Positions 63,393-64,000 of a stretch of 64,000 nucleotides of DNA are shown in pieces. A model generated the notes under the pieces. It saw nothing but the letters and a program-made list of their open reading frames with translations. It did no database searches and was not told where the DNA came from. The stretch's first letter is position 1. Every line of letters starts with the position of its first letter. Location: positions 222,456,001 to 222,520,000 of the forward strand of contig OZ024742.1 of assembly GCA_964016885.1 (NCBI GenBank), read 5' to 3'. Position numbers and translations under genes: made by a program. This DNA is from Eledone cirrhosa. Its lineage: Eukaryota.

Positions 63393-64000
63393 TATACTGT
63401 CATTATCGCCGTTTTTACATCCACTTTTCCATGCCTGACATGGGTTGACCGGGATTTTTTAAAGTAATGTTTTACTACTGGATGTCCTTCCTGACACCAA
63501 CACTTTTAGTCGCCTCTTATGACACTCATGAATATGATGTATATATATATCTATCCATCCTATTTATTTACTCTCACATACCATCCCAGCCCCTGTTTGT
63601 TTACCATTACTCCCTCACTTTTCTACCCTCTTTCTTCCATAATACTCTCACTCATTTCTCTTCCCCCTCACCCTCATTTTACTGTCATAACTCTCTCCTC
63701 TATCTCTATTCTTTAGATTTGTAAAGAGCATGACAATCTCACAAGTGCTGGTGCCATGATTAAATGCCCCCAGTACACTCTGTAAAGTTGTTGACAATTG
63801 AATAGAGACAGTATAGGGTAGAGAAGACTCTTCAATCTTATTGAGAACATGACAACGTCTCTAGTGCTGGTGCGATGTTGAAATGCACCTGTATGTGGCT
63901 GGAGATCAGAAACTAGGGGGTAACTGGTACTCAAGTTTGGCCAAGCCAAATAGAACAATGTGTGTGTGTGTGTGCATGTGTATTTATATGTATATGTGTA

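Overview
AT-rich, repeat-dominated eukaryotic DNA. The tRNA-SINE, RTE-LINE and microsatellite repertoire looks like a cephalopod (probably octopod) genome; this is inferred from repeat style, not a database result. No intact, recognisable host protein-coding gene was found; there are only a few orphan splice-site-bounded exon candidates. DNA transposons: a near-full-length Buster/Charlie hAT with TIRs and a perfect CTCTAGAG TSD (18122-21364), a decayed ZMYM1-like hAT, a deleted mariner, Helitron remnants, and hAT, piggyBac-type and Tc1/mariner-type MITEs. Retroelements: RTE, CR1 and CRE-clade LINE fragments and more than 25 SINE copies. There are also several large tandem arrays (21, 29, 32 and 48 bp units). 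Most notable: (i) fold-back elements, usually next to (TA)n, several carrying Penelope-type minimal hammerhead ribozyme cores, one with a compensatory U3-A8 pair; (ii) a C4HC3 PHD finger inside the RT C-terminal region of an RTE LINE; (iii) a 48-bp array grown from the LINE/SINE 3' UTR and split by a hAT MITE into two differently homogenised sub-arrays; (iv) a 29-bp satellite with a 721-bp higher-order period. Most long ORFs in the supplied track are repeat artefacts. Boundaries were read by eye and are approximate unless a TSD or TIR is quoted.
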